A DNA stretch of 56,316 nucleotides, filler included, from Asterionella formosa (taxonomy: Eukaryota): the NCBI GenBank assembly GCA_002256025.1. It is 6 parts of 6 records of this genome, joined end to end, with 100 filler letters (N's around TTAATTAATTAA, not from the genome) between each part and the next. Parts side by side here need not be neighbours in the genome. Positions count along the whole stretch, not along the records: positions 47,021 to 56,316 come from NKIB01010859.1; 5 more parts are not named here. The stretch is one strand, 5' to 3'. The notes under the pieces were generated by a model. It saw only the letters and a list, made by a program, of their open reading frames with translations. It searched no databases and was not told the DNA's origin. Shown here one piece after another: positions 55,474 through 56,316 of the stretch (positions are counted from its first letter, which is position 1; each line of letters starts with the position of its first letter). The translations under genes and the position numbers were made by a program.

Positions 55474-56316
55474 CAAATTGTGCCAGCGGTTAGTATTGAG
55501 TGACACATTACTACGCCGGCATGATGGTGCATCGAACAGAGGGCGTTCGTTCATGCTACTGAACATGCATTGACTAAGGCAACTAACTGCGAAGAATAGC
55601 TAATAGTGGTGTTTATCGATGATGGCGTCGTGGTTTGATTTCATGGCATTCTCGTTCTGAAATCTTATATAATCATCATTGTCAGGATTTGTTCGTTTTC
55701 ACCAACTGCTCCAAGTATGTACCAGTACCAGAGCAAGTTGTTGTAAATAGGAAATTTAGCATAGTTTTCCTAGAAGTAAAAACCGTCTTTTTCTGCAATG
55801 TACCAGGTACTGTAATATATATACCGGTGTAACCCGTTGCTATTCTTTCCTATAATTTGGATTGCATTGGAGCAGATCATCCCTCCTCAACATCATCAAG
55901 GAGAGCGGCAGAAAAAAATTGGAACCACTGGTACCAGGTACCAGTACCTGGTAGCCTAGTTAGTCTGGTGGATATGCACAGCAAGAGAGGTAAAATAAAG
56001 TATATCATATTTGTCGAAGATTTTGACGGAAACGTTGGTGACATACATACAGTACATCACTGCAAAATAATTACAGGTCATTATTTTTGTGATGTCGTTT
56101 TAGAGTACCGGTGCATAGACTGGTATTCTGGTATATAGATACATGTAATTTACAGGGTACACCGGGACATGCAAAATTTAGAGGGCCGCATGTTTCTATT
56201 TCCTCGATTTCGATAGTCTACGAGTGAGTAAACGGTTAAAAAATACGGAATACCTGGTAGTCAAGGCCCTCCCTGCCCTCATACAAATGTGAAAAAGTAT
56301 TTCTATAAGGTATCCA

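Overview
Eukaryotic DNA, most likely from a diatom (stramenopile). Support: GT-AG introns, bipartite 'signal peptide + AF' plastid presequences, TTAGGG-type repeats and stramenopile-type transposons. The window is not one locus. It is six ~9.3 kb contigs (1-9309, 9410-18716, 18817-28121, 28222-37524, 37625-46920, 47021-56316) joined by artificial 100-nt N/TTAATTAATTAA spacers. Contigs 2, 4, 5 and 6 hold ordinary genes among decayed transposons: PAP2 phosphatase, BIRC6-like E2, SAM methyltransferase, SpoU methyltransferase, an adaptor-like protein, a plastid aldo-keto reductase and a bacterial-type RsgA. Contigs 1 and 3 carry the standout signal, a tandemly arrayed, intronless, modular gene family. 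A shared upstream cassette, a 'MPRWEEDVK' N-cap, 84-bp LRR units and Pro/Ser/Thr linkers are joined to different downstream modules: a P-loop GTPase plus coiled coil, ARM-repeat arrays, and a remnant of an IRAK/Pelle-like kinase N-terminus. The LRR framework is nearly identical at nucleotide level, while the solvent-exposed codons vary mostly at codon positions 1-2. Most copies are damaged by a stop, frameshift, deletion or retrotransposon insertion. This pattern fits a rapidly diversifying, shuffled, immune-receptor-like system (inference). A double-hairpin element carrying telomeric repeats lies next to family members in both contigs. All family assignments come from motif recognition; no searches were run.
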